64,000 nucleotides of DNA from positions 497,117 through 561,116 of IMG/VR virus record IMGVR_UViG_3300046616_000314. One strand, written 5' to 3'. Every line of letters starts with the position of its first letter. Position 1 is the first letter of the stretch. Under the pieces are notes generated by a model that did not search any database, was not told where the DNA came from, and saw only the letters and a program-made list of their open reading frames with translations. The translations under genes and the position numbers were made by a program. Shown here one piece after another: positions 23,124 to 33,405 of this stretch.

Positions 23124-23462
23124 ATGGGTGTTCTGAATAATATTTTTAAAAAGAAAACAGCAAAGCCGCCATTGCCGATGCGAATCATCAGTAATACAGC
23201 GGACAAGGCTATCGTAAAGATTGGTGAAACGATCTACGATATGTCTCGTCGTGTAACGTTGGTGTCGCGTCGAAGTGCTCAATTCACTAGTGAAGACGAT
23301 TGGGTGGCTACCTCTCGCGCAACTGGCAAACAGTTTGATACCGGTACAGGCTCAATTCACGAGGCTCTGAAGAAGCTACACGATTATTGCAATAGCCTTC
23401 AAGAGAGTGAAATCCCTTCCATCTTTGATTTTGTTTGCGAAGCTCCTCAAATTAATATTTGA
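23124..23462 (+). CDS. hypothetical protein
   Basis: ATAAATA upstream. Confidence 0.55.
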   Translation: MGVLNNIFKKKTAKPPLPMRIISNTADKAIVKIGETIYDMSRRVTLVSRRSAQFTSEDDWVATSRATGKQFDTGTGSIHEALKKLHDYCNSLQESEIPSIFDFVCEAPQINI

Positions 23463-23559
23463 CAAGAATCTCGTAATCTCGTATAAGTACATTATCGACT
23501 GACTATCAAGACCATTCCTCTTATCTGGCAATTGCATTTGCACGGAGAGGAATAGAACT

Positions 23560-23928
23560 ATGTTCGAAGGTTTTGAGAATAAAGAAGATGTGTGTAGCCA
23601 ATTCAACATTGGTGATTTTGACGGCGTTATTGTACTCGCCATCTATGATCAGGGAAGCTACGACGGCACTGCCGAAGTAATCTATGTTCATGGGGGTAAG
23701 TTCTACATGGCGTCAGGATCGCATTGTTCGTGTTATGGTTTGGAAGATCAATGGAACCCGGTAGAAATGCCGGTCGAAGGGATCGAAAAAATCATCGCGG
23801 GCGGTGGGCTGCTAAGCGGCTACAAGGATTGGCTATTGAAAGTGATCGCGGCATATGAGCGATTGGACTTATTCAATGCGTCTTCGGACGAGGTTGATGT
23901 AGCCCTGAAATTCATCGTGAACACTTAA
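23560..23928 (+). CDS. hypothetical protein (YDQGSYDG...GSHCSCYG)
   Basis: TTGACA-17-TATAAG promoter; GGAGAGG RBS. Confidence 0.75.
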   Translation: MFEGFENKEDVCSQFNIGDFDGVIVLAIYDQGSYDGTAEVIYVHGGKFYMASGSHCSCYGLEDQWNPVEMPVEGIEKIIAGGGLLSGYKDWLLKVIAAYERLDLFNASSDEVDVALKFIVNT

Positions 23929-23985
23929 TCCAGGGGTTGGACCCCACAACAAGGCTCGCATGATCTTCGGATTGTGCGAGCCCTT

Positions 23986-24180
23986 TCAGGTCTCCAAAAA
24001 TTTCTTAAGCTGATACCAGACGAGCACGGGAACAGTGTGTCCGCCGTCTACTGGTTCTAGTAAATTCATTTCAACAAGCTGTTCAACGATGTCAGCGTCA
24101 TGCGTAGACGACTGTTCACCGTTAGCAATAGCCGTCAAAACGGCTAGTTGGGCTTTATTGCAATTCTCAAAGCGTTTCAT
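23986..24180 (-). CDS. hypothetical small protein
   Basis: AGGAG RBS; TTGACA upstream. Confidence 0.55.
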   Translation of the reverse strand: MKRFENCNKAQLAVLTAIANGEQSSTHDADIVEQLVEMNLLEPVDGGHTVPVLVWYQLKKFLET

Positions 24181-24246
24181 GTTTAAGACTCCTGTCAGGT
24201 TATATAAATAACACATAATGTAAAGCTGTCAAGAGGAATAATTTAC

Positions 24247-26031
24247 ATGCGTCTTCGCGAATTCCAAGGTGAGAGCCCACGTACTATCGATGCTGTTGCA
24301 CAAGCCCTTCAGGGCGGCGGTTTGGGAACCCTGCAACGTCTAGGTGGTAAAACTCGGGTTTACGATGTCACCGACCACGCCCAAAAGGCTGCTATTTTTG
24401 CTATTGCCGGTACACTCTCGGCGGTTGCTTTGGCTTACACCGCCGATATGGGCGATGTTGGCGTAACCACGATTTATTATTGGAAAACATTTGATTTCTA
24501 TCGTGATCCTGACTACCAACTAGATTTGCCGATTCGCGGAAATCTTTATGACATGGTTGAGACCATTGTCGATGCGATTAAGCATCCGCAAATGGGTAAC
24601 ATCCCAGTTGAAGAAGAAATCCATGAAGATCGTGAATTGACCGAAGCTCGTCGTTCTACTGAAGATGAATTTATTGGTATGGTTCGCAACGCTACGGATA
24701 TCAATCCGGCGTATGTTACCTGGGTTGAATTGGACAAGGTTGCTAAGGCAAACGACGTTCAAATTCCGGGTAGCATTCGTTTCAATAAAGCGTTGAAAGT
24801 CGATTCGCACCACTGGAACCTGTCGGGTGGTGATGCATCGAACGTCGAAAAGGATAATGCTAAATTGGGCGACACCTTGGGTGGTCCTATCGAGCAACCC
24901 GAAAACGACGATCCCGAATTCCAAAACATGCTGCAACTGGCGAAGGTCAAGAGCCTGAAGCCCTTGGCGGCAAAGGGTCGTTTGCACTTGACCGGTCGTA
25001 AGCCGAACGGCGCCTTCTTCAAGGTTCCGGGTGTTGAACTGGTTCTGGCTCAACTTGAGCGCATGTTGTCCAATCAGCTTCAAGGTGCTGGCGAACAGAA
25101 CATGCAAGAACAGTACGAGCAACTTCACGACAAGGTGAAGCTGGTCGCTGGTGGACAATCAAACTTTATTAAGTCTCTTTTGATTATGGGTGCGCCGTCT
25201 TCGGGTAAGACTTTCACCGTCATGAAGACCATTAAAGAATTGGGTCTAGTTGAAGGCAAGGACTACGTTGTCAAGAAGGGTCGTATTACGACTGTTGCGA
25301 TGTATCGTACTCTGATTGAGCAAGTCAACGGCATGGTCATCTTCGATGACTGCGATAGCGTCGTTGATGACAAGAACGCTGTTAACATGCTGAAGGGTGC
25401 GTTGGATACTGACCCGGTTCGTGAAATTTCTTACGATACCGCTCGTACCATGAACACCGCTGCAATGGAGGCAGGAGACCGTGATGAGGTAGTTGACGCT
25501 ATCTCTCGTATCCTGCGCAACAAGCCCGCTCCTGGCGATCTGGAACGCTTTGAGCACCTACTGAAGGCTAAAAAGAAAGCCCGCCCTGGTCGCGACGATC
25601 AAGAAGACATGATTGACGATACCGATGACGAAGATTACGGCGACGATTTGGAAGGCGATGAAAACGCCGAAAAGCTTGGCGAAATTCAATCGCTGCTGAT
25701 GAAGCGTCTACCGAACAAGATCGACTTTAAGGGTCGCGTGATCTTCATTTCGAACATGGACGAATCTGAATGGGATGGTGCTATCATCACCCGTGCTTTC
25801 ACCATCAACATGAACTTCACTTCTTCGGAAATGCTGGACTACATCGACAAGGTTAAGTCACACATTAAGACTCCTGGCTTGAGCGAAGAAGACAAGCAAG
25901 AAGTTATGGATTATCTGCGCGCTCTGTGGACTTCGGGTAAACTGAAGCGTGATGTCAACTTCCGTCTTGTTCAGCAAGCATTCGATTTGCGCCTGACCGA
26001 CAACTGGAAAAAGATGCTGGCAATGCTGTAA
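24247..26031 (+). CDS. AAA+ ATPase with N-terminal extension
   Basis: Walker A GAPSSGKT, Walker B VIFDDCD, IFISN sensor; TATAAATA at 24203. Confidence 0.85.
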   Translation: MRLREFQGESPRTIDAVAQALQGGGLGTLQRLGGKTRVYDVTDHAQKAAIFAIAGTLSAVALAYTADMGDVGVTTIYYWKTFDFYRDPDYQLDLPIRGNLYDMVETIVDAIKHPQMGNIPVEEEIHEDRELTEARRSTEDEFIGMVRNATDINPAYVTWVELDKVAKANDVQIPGSIRFNKALKVDSHHWNLSGGDASNVEKDNAKLGDTLGGPIEQPENDDPEFQNMLQLAKVKSLKPLAAKGRLHLTGRKPNGAFFKVPGVELVLAQLERMLSNQLQGAGEQNMQEQYEQLHDKVKLVAGGQSNFIKSLLIMGAPSSGKTFTVMKTIKELGLVEGKDYVVKKGRITTVAMYRTLIEQVNGMVIFDDCDSVVDDKNAVNMLKGALDTDPVREISYDTARTMNTAAMEAGDRDEVVDAISRILRNKPAPGDLERFEHLLKAKKKARPGRDDQEDMIDDTDDEDYGDDLEGDENAEKLGEIQSLLMKRLPNKIDFKGRVIFISNMDESEWDGAIITRAFTINMNFTSSEMLDYIDKVKSHIKTPGLSEEDKQEVMDYLRALWTSGKLKRDVNFRLVQQAFDLRLTDNWKKMLAML

Positions 26032-26054
26032 AAGCATTAACATTTCAATACTTT

Positions 26055-26086
26055 AAAGGGGATGCTGTAACGGCATCCCCTTTTTT
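26055..26086 (+). terminator. intrinsic terminator
   Basis: AAAGGGGATGCTG-TAA-CGGCATCCCCTTTTTT. Confidence 0.85.
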
Positions 26087-26088
26087 GT

Positions 26089-26096
26089 TATAAATA
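26089..26096 (+). promoter_or_regulatory. T4-like late promoter (T)ATAAATA, representative copy
   Basis: TATAAATA before terminase; ATAAATA also at 6195, 11752, 15405, 24204, 28529, 31069, 33321, 36839, 59421 (+) and 5731, 40547 (-), mostly before structural genes. Confidence 0.75.
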
Positions 26097-26146
26097 ACTA
26101 TACTTAACTGATTAGGATCATTGCTAAAGCAATATTCAACATAATT

Positions 26147-27754
26147 ATGGCAAAAAGTTCAGCCTCCGACGTTACCAAAAAAGCAAATATCGATGATGAG
26201 TTTACGGATCAAAATCTAATTGATCTTACTCGTTGTTTCGAAGACCCGGTTTATTTCATCGATAATTTCATGAAAGTCCAACACGCAACCAAGGGGTCTA
26301 TCCCTTTGAAAATGTGGGACTATCAATATGAAATGGTCAAGGCGTTCCACGAAAATCGTTACGTGGTGGCTCTGACTGGTCGCCAGCTTGGTAAGACGAC
26401 TATCGCGGCGGCGTACCTTCTTTGGAAGGCGATGTTCACGCCCGACACTACGATTCTGATCGCGGCGAACACCTACAACCAAGCCTTGGAAATTATGGAC
26501 CGTATTCGCTACGGTTATGAAAATCTTCCAAATTTTATTCGTGCTGGTCAAACCGAATACAACAAGGGCACGATTGCTTTTGACAACGGTTCTAAGATCA
26601 TCAGCCGCGCCACGTCGCCGAACGCCGGTCGTGGTCTTTCGGTCTCGGTTCTGTATCTGGACGAATTTGCATTCGTTGCGCCGAACATCGGTCGCGATTT
26701 CTGGACTGCTATGCTTCCCGTTCTGTCAACGGGTGGTTCGTGTATCATCACGTCAACGCCAAAGTCCGACGAAGACCAATTCGCTGAAATTTATAAAAAT
26801 GCTCTGAACAACACTGACGAGTATGGCAATCCGCTGCCAGGGAAAGTGGGTAAGAATGGTTTCTTCCCCATCACCTTCAAATGGGATGTTCACCCGGATC
26901 GGGATGAAGCATGGGAAACTGAATATCGCTCTAAGCTTGGTGACGCTAAGTTCCGCCAAGAAATGTGCTGCGAATTCGTTACCGACGATGAAACCTTGAT
27001 CAACGGTGTTAAGCTGTCGATGCTGAAAGGCATTGATCCAGATTTCTACACACAAACGGTTCGATGGTACAAAGAGCCGGAAGCCAATAAAACTTATTGC
27101 GTTGCTCTTGATCCAAGCCTTGGAACCGGGGGTGACTATGCGGCTATTCAGGTATTCGAACTTCCTGAAATGATTCAGGTCGCCGAGTGGCAGAATAATA
27201 ACACCGTGGCTATGGGTCAGGTTCGTATTCTCATGCGAATCCTTATGTACATAGAACAGACCATGATGGAGAGCGGCAAGCAAGCCGGTGAGCCTGACAT
27301 TTTCTGGACCGTGGAAAACAACACTATTGGTGAGGCTGTTCTTCAGATCATTGAAGATACTGGTGAAGAACGTTTCCCCGGTATTTTTGTGACCGAAAAA
27401 CGTCGTAAGGGTCAAGGCAAGCGCGTTCGTAAGGGTATGAACACGGACAACAAAAAGAAGTTGTCGGGCTGCGTTCGTCTCAAAAGCCTTATCGAAACTG
27501 ATCGTATGGTGATCAATAGTAATCAGCTAATCAAGGAACTGAAATTTTTCGTGGCTTCTGGTGCATCTTTCAAAGCCAAATCAGGCGAACACGACGACTT
27601 GGTTATGGCTACGTGTCTAGTGGTACGAATGCTAGATGTTGTGTTGAATTGGTCCAACGCTATTGGTGATTTGAAAGAACATATCTCGGACGATCAACTT
27701 TTTGATGATGCTGACGGCGAAGATATGGATGCGGGAATGCCAGTAGTCATTTAA
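26147..27754 (+). CDS. terL: terminase large subunit
   Basis: GRQLGKTT, LYLDEFAFV, ITSTP, LDPSLG, HDDLVMA. Confidence 0.96.
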   Translation: MAKSSASDVTKKANIDDEFTDQNLIDLTRCFEDPVYFIDNFMKVQHATKGSIPLKMWDYQYEMVKAFHENRYVVALTGRQLGKTTIAAAYLLWKAMFTPDTTILIAANTYNQALEIMDRIRYGYENLPNFIRAGQTEYNKGTIAFDNGSKIISRATSPNAGRGLSVSVLYLDEFAFVAPNIGRDFWTAMLPVLSTGGSCIITSTPKSDEDQFAEIYKNALNNTDEYGNPLPGKVGKNGFFPITFKWDVHPDRDEAWETEYRSKLGDAKFRQEMCCEFVTDDETLINGVKLSMLKGIDPDFYTQTVRWYKEPEANKTYCVALDPSLGTGGDYAAIQVFELPEMIQVAEWQNNNTVAMGQVRILMRILMYIEQTMMESGKQAGEPDIFWTVENNTIGEAVLQIIEDTGEERFPGIFVTEKRRKGQGKRVRKGMNTDNKKKLSGCVRLKSLIETDRMVINSNQLIKELKFFVASGASFKAKSGEHDDLVMATCLVVRMLDVVLNWSNAIGDLKEHISDDQLFDDADGEDMDAGMPVVI

Positions 27755-27829
27755 TTGAATATTGTAGTTGACAGTTCTCTAGAAGGTGATATCTTACATA
27801 TAGAGATTGACCCCAACGGAGACGACCTT

Positions 27830-28501
27830 ATGGCTTTCGCCAACGCCAAGACCATCGCCAAGCCGGAAACCAAGGCTAAGAAGGCTGAAGCTCCCGTTGT
27901 GCAAATCGTCGGCGTTGAAGAACACGCCGCTCTGGATGCCGTCATCAAGTCGCTGCTGGCTCTGCAATCGTCGCTCGCCGAAGAAATCAAGGCTGATGGC
28001 GCCGAGCATTTCATCGAAGCTGGTTGCGCTCTGAAGAAGGCGCCGCCGAACTTCCGCGCCATCGAAGGCACTGCCTCTTCGTCGCTGGAACTGAAGAAGC
28101 GTTCTTCGGCTTCGCACCTGACCGAAACCGACGTTGAGCTTCTGAAGGAAGCCGGTATTTCGATCAAGGAAAAGATCGTCACCGTTGGTACCTACGTCAT
28201 CAACCCCGCCTACAAGGATGACGTGGAACTGCTGGAAAAGGTCGAATCGGCTCTGTCGGGCGTCGAAGGCATTCCCGAAGATTTCATGATGATCCAAGAA
28301 GAAGACAAGAAGTTCGTCACCACCGAAGAATCGCTGGACGAACTGTTCACCAAGGACCCGGCTGTTGTTGCCGATCTGATCAGCATCGTGGGTACCATGG
28401 CTCTGAAGCCGACCCTCACCATCAGCGATATCGCTCACGCCCACGGCATCGTTTCGAAGCTGGTGGACAAGCAATTGAAGGCTTCGAAGGAAGCCAAGTA
28501 A
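27830..28501 (+). CDS. hypothetical early protein
   Basis: TTGACA-16-TATCTT promoter, GGAG RBS, strongly biased codons. Confidence 0.75.
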   Translation: MAFANAKTIAKPETKAKKAEAPVVQIVGVEEHAALDAVIKSLLALQSSLAEEIKADGAEHFIEAGCALKKAPPNFRAIEGTASSSLELKKRSSASHLTETDVELLKEAGISIKEKIVTVGTYVINPAYKDDVELLEKVESALSGVEGIPEDFMMIQEEDKKFVTTEESLDELFTKDPAVVADLISIVGTMALKPTLTISDIAHAHGIVSKLVDKQLKASKEAK

Positions 28502-28568
28502 CGTCGGTATCCCGACAGAGCCTCTAACATAAATAGCCTCTGAGACCCTTTCTCGGAGGCTATTTTTT

Positions 28569-29882
28569 ATGTCGTATAATCTTGGTTATTGGGATGATGC
28601 CAGAGGCAGTCGCTTCCGTAGCTATGCCATCGGTGGCAAAGCCGGTCCCGTAATTTATCAGGGTGCAAATTCCCCTGTTCAACCCGATGTCGCCAAGTCT
28701 GGTGACTTGTGGATTCAAACCGGAGTTACCCCAACCCTTCAACAATACGTTGATGGTGAGTGGACAATTCTCGGTGCTGGCGCCGGGGGCACTGGTCCTC
28801 AAGGTCCCGCCGGTCCCGCTGGTGCAAATGGCATCGCAGGCGCGGACGGTGCAGATGGTATCGACGGCGTAAGCGTCTCGAATGCTGTTGTGAACGGTTC
28901 GGGAAATTTAATTCTCACTCTATCCGATAACTCGGTAATTACAGCCGGTTCGGTTTATCCAACCGCCGCCGATACCGCTGTTCTTTACGTATCTAAGTTC
29001 ACTGGTTTCTCTGGGGCTCCCAATGGTTCGGCATCGAAGCCTTTCCCGAACCCGCAAGCCGCACACGATTGGGCACTTGCAAACATTTCTAATGCGGCGG
29101 CTCTGGTCATTCGCATCAACCCTGGTAGCTATCCCGAAGCCCTGACCATTAGCCGCGCAAAAACATTTGTTCGCGGTTATAATGGTAAGCAAGCCGCAAC
29201 AGGTCTATCGGGCGGTGTAACAGTTAACATGGCAAACGCCACGGGCGATTGGACTACTCATCGCTGTAGCGTTGAAGAAGTTCAAGTTACCAATCTTTCG
29301 GGCGGAACTATTTTCGCCGTCACGGGCGCCAGCCCGGTTGGTCTGTATATCAATAAAGTAAAATTGTTTTCGGAAACTCCTTCACAAATTTGTTTCCTGG
29401 CAAACAACACGGTCGCTGCTGGCGTTCGTCTTGAAATCGATGACTGTGATTTCCAAAGCCAAGCCAACGCGGTTGTTGCCGATTTCTCTAACGTTGCTGC
29501 TGGATCGACATATAAGCGTATCCTCACGGAATCCGGTACTGCCCCCGCTATGCGTTTCCGTTCGGGTTACATGACGTGTAGTGACCTGTTCATTGGTTCA
29601 ACCGGAAGCAACGCGGTTATTCAAATTGATGCTGGCACATTGAATATGTCTGGTTCGATTGTGTACAACAATGCTCCTAACACTGATGGTGTTGTCTTGG
29701 CAACTGGTGCGCAATATTTCACTTCGGGTACATTCTACAATGTTCCGACCGGAAGTGGTTTTGTTATTCGAGCCGCTGCGGGTAGTTCTGTCTATTATTC
29801 GTCAACAACATTCCAAGCTAATACTAAAATTTCTTCGAACGCGACCGTAGTTGCTCTGCCAACTACTTTCACACCGGCATAA
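28569..29882 (+). CDS. collagen-repeat tail fibre/appendage protein
   Basis: GPQGPAGPAG repeats; LYVS...NGSASKPF; probable beta-helical C-terminus. Confidence 0.75.
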   Translation: MSYNLGYWDDARGSRFRSYAIGGKAGPVIYQGANSPVQPDVAKSGDLWIQTGVTPTLQQYVDGEWTILGAGAGGTGPQGPAGPAGANGIAGADGADGIDGVSVSNAVVNGSGNLILTLSDNSVITAGSVYPTAADTAVLYVSKFTGFSGAPNGSASKPFPNPQAAHDWALANISNAAALVIRINPGSYPEALTISRAKTFVRGYNGKQAATGLSGGVTVNMANATGDWTTHRCSVEEVQVTNLSGGTIFAVTGASPVGLYINKVKLFSETPSQICFLANNTVAAGVRLEIDDCDFQSQANAVVADFSNVAAGSTYKRILTESGTAPAMRFRSGYMTCSDLFIGSTGSNAVIQIDAGTLNMSGSIVYNNAPNTDGVVLATGAQYFTSGTFYNVPTGSGFVIRAAAGSSVYYSSTTFQANTKISSNATVVALPTTFTPA

Positions 29883-29948
29883 TAACACTTGACTTAAACG
29901 TATAATGGGGTAATCTAAGCTTCTCTTTTGAAGCATGGATTACCCTTT

Positions 29949-30578
29949 ATGCGTTTTGATGCTTGGTCCTATCTGTATCCTCCGCGCCCCGACAAGGCGA
30001 TCTCGCCTTCGTTTGCGAGCTTTTATGAGGATCGCGGATACGTGGCGCAAGTCAAGATGAACGGGACATGCAACATGATTTCGGTTTCACCGGAAAAGAA
30101 ACTGGTCACGATGAACCGCCACAATGAGCCCCATCGCCTGTGGATGCCATCGGTAAAATCGTCGGCGGCTTTTGAAGCTCTGCCCGGTCCCGGTTGGTAC
30201 GTGTTCGTCGCCGAACTGATGCATTCGAAGGTCACGGGTTTCCAGCGTGACACGAATTATATCCATGACGTACTGGTTGCCGATGGAGAATATCTGGTCG
30301 GACAAACCTGGGCTGAACGTCAAGAAGTTCTAGCCGGGCTGTTTGAAACCACGGACACCGGATCGCTTAGCCATCTGGTGATTAACGAGAATACGTGGCT
30401 TGCCCGCAATCATTTCACCGGTTTCGACAAGCTCTATGCTGATGTCCAGCCGCACACCGAAATGGAAGGCTTGGTGTTCAAGAACCAGAAAGCGAAACTC
30501 GCCCTATGTTCGCGCGAGAACGCCAACAATTCCTGGCAAGTGAAGTGCCGCAAGGGCGGCAAGAACTACACTAGCTAG
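29949..30578 (+). CDS. minimal ATP-dependent ligase / capping-enzyme-superfamily nucleotidyltransferase
   Basis: Motif I VKMNG, III VAELM, IIIa IHDVL, IV EGLVFK, V WQVKCRK. Confidence 0.7.
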   Translation: MRFDAWSYLYPPRPDKAISPSFASFYEDRGYVAQVKMNGTCNMISVSPEKKLVTMNRHNEPHRLWMPSVKSSAAFEALPGPGWYVFVAELMHSKVTGFQRDTNYIHDVLVADGEYLVGQTWAERQEVLAGLFETTDTGSLSHLVINENTWLARNHFTGFDKLYADVQPHTEMEGLVFKNQKAKLALCSRENANNSWQVKCRKGGKNYTS

Positions 30579-31048
30579 ACACCGTACTTCAGTTTGTAAG
30601 CGGTTCGTGCTTCTTCGTTATTGAAGAAGATGATGGATGATTTTGCCAATTCAAAGTAGTCCCATTCGTCATCTGCGAATGTAGAACCGCACCAGTGAAA
30701 AACTTCCAAGTTTTTAGTATCGACAAACACTGGGTCTTTGTCTTTTAGAAAATAGGCGGCGATGTCCGCCAGTTCTCCCATAAACTTGCCTTGTTCATTA
30801 TTGAAAGTCGCAAGACTTTCGGCGAACACGATGCATTCATCAGCGATTTCGCTGATCGCACTTTTTGTAGTTTTTTCAATTGTGTCCCAATTGATATGAC
30901 CTTCGTCATCGACATTTTGATCAATTATCGAAGTAATGTCATCGGTTATGTGCCCGATAGCCCGACTCAATGATTTGTTATTGAAGTTTGCAACCGAATC
31001 CGGTTCGTCCGCTTTGAATTGACGGAGGATTTCATCTTTCAGCCACAT
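30575..31048 (-). CDS. FKLKW-motif family protein with N-terminal extension
   Basis: FFNNEEARTAYKLKYG. Confidence 0.65.
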   Translation of the reverse strand: MWLKDEILRQFKADEPDSVANFNNKSLSRAIGHITDDITSIIDQNVDDEGHINWDTIEKTTKSAISEIADECIVFAESLATFNNEQGKFMGELADIAAYFLKDKDPVFVDTKNLEVFHWCGSTFADDEWDYFELAKSSIIFFNNEEARTAYKLKYGV

Positions 31049-31102
31049 AGGTCTTCTCTCAGATTGGAATAAATACATACTATAGATATTTGGGAGAGCC
31101 AA

Positions 31103-33100
31103 GTGATTTTGCTCGACACAGTTGCTACCGAAGTTTTTCAAATCCTGAGATCGTATGACTATACGGTTAAGATGTACGACGACGACGGCAAGCGCGTAAC
31201 TGAACCCTCAGAATGCCGCCGTTTTTTCGCTGAACCCGAAGGTCCCATGGTTGCCATGAACGACGAAGGCGACAACAACAAAATTCGTTTGATTTTGGGC
31301 GAAACTGACATTTCTTCCGTTCGTGGATTGGTCGATACCCTGCGTACCGCAGCCACTAAATACAATATGATTTTTAATATTACACGTCGTGGGCACAAGA
31401 TCACCCCTGCTGATTATGCGACCAAGACATCTGTGAATGAAGACAAGAAAGAAGATAACATGATGATCCTAGAGGGCATGTACGGTACCACTCGTAGTTC
31501 GTACTTAAAGCTAGAGAATGCGCGTATGATCGTGCGCCATTCGAAGAAGATTGACGAAAATGTCATGGGTAGCCGTGGACGTAACATCGAACAAATCTTC
31601 GTTGAAAATGCTCAAGGTGAGCGTTTCTTGTTCCCCACCGCCAACCTTGCTGGTGGTCGCGCTATGACGCAACATATCAATCACGGCGGAACATTCGCCG
31701 ATCAGGTTGGTAGCCAAATCACTCGCATCGCCAACGATTTCCAAAATCTCGGCACGGCTGCTTCGTACATGGGTCAAAATGCTGGCGCCCTGGCAGAATC
31801 GGTTGGTCCGATCCGCGAAGCTTGTAAGGAACGTCTGCGCGAAATGCGTAAGTGTTTTGAGAAGCTGTCTCGTTCGGGCGGCTATCCTGCTGAAGCTCGC
31901 AAGCTTGAAGAACAAGCCAATATGTTGAATGAAGGCGACGAATTCGACTTCACACCGCACGTCAAGAGCCTGCGTAATGCTCTGGTCGTTGAAGGCAAGG
32001 AAATTGATGACACAGTTCTGAAGTCGGTTGCGGAAGCGATGAAACATTGCGGTTGCGAGCCGCTGAAGGAAACCGGTAACGAGACTGTTAAGGTATTTGG
32101 TCGTTTGATCAACAAAGCAGCCTGGGACGAACTGATCTCGGGTCACATTGAATTCATGCAAACTCCGTCGATGCCGTCTGACTCGCCGGGCTTCACAAAT
32201 AAGGATTCGGAACTGCGCTTCAAGCTGGGTCTGGTTATCCCTCAAGTTCGTGACGACACACTGATGACCTTCCTTAGCTTCGTTTCCGATCAACTGGATA
32301 ATCCTCGCCAAGGCGCCGACTTGAAGAACTATCGTCGCGTCGCCAACGCTGCCCTGAAAGCGGCTGGTATGGACGCTTCTTCGGAACTGGCTGGCAATGC
32401 CCAACCGATCCGCGAATTTAATGAATGGTTGAATTCGTTCGATACCCGCAAGGTTCTCGCCCCGGAAGTTGTTGCCGAAGACGAAGACGGCGATGCTGCT
32501 GCCGAAGTTGAAGACGAAAGCGCGGGCGATGATGATTCCATGATCGCGGAAGACGATGATGAAGAGTTGGATGAAGCGCGTGCTCGCCCTTTTGCTAAGG
32601 GAAAATTTGGACTAGGTGAAGATTGGAATGATCCGACTAGCGATGCTTCGGAACAATATTCTCAAGATTCGGAAGATTACATTGAAGAACTGATGAACGA
32701 TTTCTCGGCATCAGACTTCCTAGATTCGGATTATGCCACCAATCTTGATTGGAAGCATGACGAACCAGATAAGACGCAATCCAAGGAATACATTCTTAGC
32801 TGCGTAACTCGTTACCTAGAAGGCAAAGCTCGTGAAGCTGGTTACGATAATCTGAACCTGAAGAACGAAGCCAAGAGCCTCATTGCTGACGTTATCAACA
32901 TGATGTCGGAAGCTGGTTACACCCTGGTTGAAGGAAGCCTTGATAAGTCGGACGTTCTATTGCCTACGAACCAAGGCGAAGACCTGAAGCGCGAAGTCAG
33001 TGCTCCAACCGATGAAGACCCTATGACGGGTCGAGAGGTTGCCACAGACGGCGACCAAGTAGACCGCCTACGAACATTGGCGGGTGTTACTCGAAACTAA
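31103..33100 (+). CDS. large acidic late protein, possibly head core/internal
   Basis: ATAAATA and GGAG upstream; many LxE motifs and acidic linkers. Confidence 0.7.
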   Translation: MILLDTVATEVFQILRSYDYTVKMYDDDGKRVTEPSECRRFFAEPEGPMVAMNDEGDNNKIRLILGETDISSVRGLVDTLRTAATKYNMIFNITRRGHKITPADYATKTSVNEDKKEDNMMILEGMYGTTRSSYLKLENARMIVRHSKKIDENVMGSRGRNIEQIFVENAQGERFLFPTANLAGGRAMTQHINHGGTFADQVGSQITRIANDFQNLGTAASYMGQNAGALAESVGPIREACKERLREMRKCFEKLSRSGGYPAEARKLEEQANMLNEGDEFDFTPHVKSLRNALVVEGKEIDDTVLKSVAEAMKHCGCEPLKETGNETVKVFGRLINKAAWDELISGHIEFMQTPSMPSDSPGFTNKDSELRFKLGLVIPQVRDDTLMTFLSFVSDQLDNPRQGADLKNYRRVANAALKAAGMDASSELAGNAQPIREFNEWLNSFDTRKVLAPEVVAEDEDGDAAAEVEDESAGDDDSMIAEDDDEELDEARARPFAKGKFGLGEDWNDPTSDASEQYSQDSEDYIEELMNDFSASDFLDSDYATNLDWKHDEPDKTQSKEYILSCVTRYLEGKAREAGYDNLNLKNEAKSLIADVINMMSEAGYTLVEGSLDKSDVLLPTNQGEDLKREVSAPTDEDPMTGREVATDGDQVDRLRTLAGVTRN

Positions 33101-33103
33101 AAC

Positions 33104-33134
33104 AAAAGAGCCGGGTTTTCCCGGCTCTTTTTTT
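33104..33134 (+). terminator. intrinsic terminator
   Basis: AAAAGAGCCGGG-TTTT-CCCGGCTCTTTTTTT. Confidence 0.85.
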
Positions 33135-33405
33135 GTTTACGATTAATATTGCAACCGCATTAACCATTCTGATATATTAACCATACTGAGTTGAAGCGGT
33201 ACCGTTTCTTTCCCCAAATCGAAGCAAAAAACTTCTAAACTTGGTTAAAAAAATATTGCGAATTAACCATGTTTTTTGCGATACTGAACAAATCGAGAGG
33301 GAATTACGACCTTTCGAAAGATAAATAGAAGGTCGAAGAATTACTTCGACAGTTACTTTTAAACTACTTTTATACCTGGCAAATTTTAAAAAGGCACATA
33401 ATATA

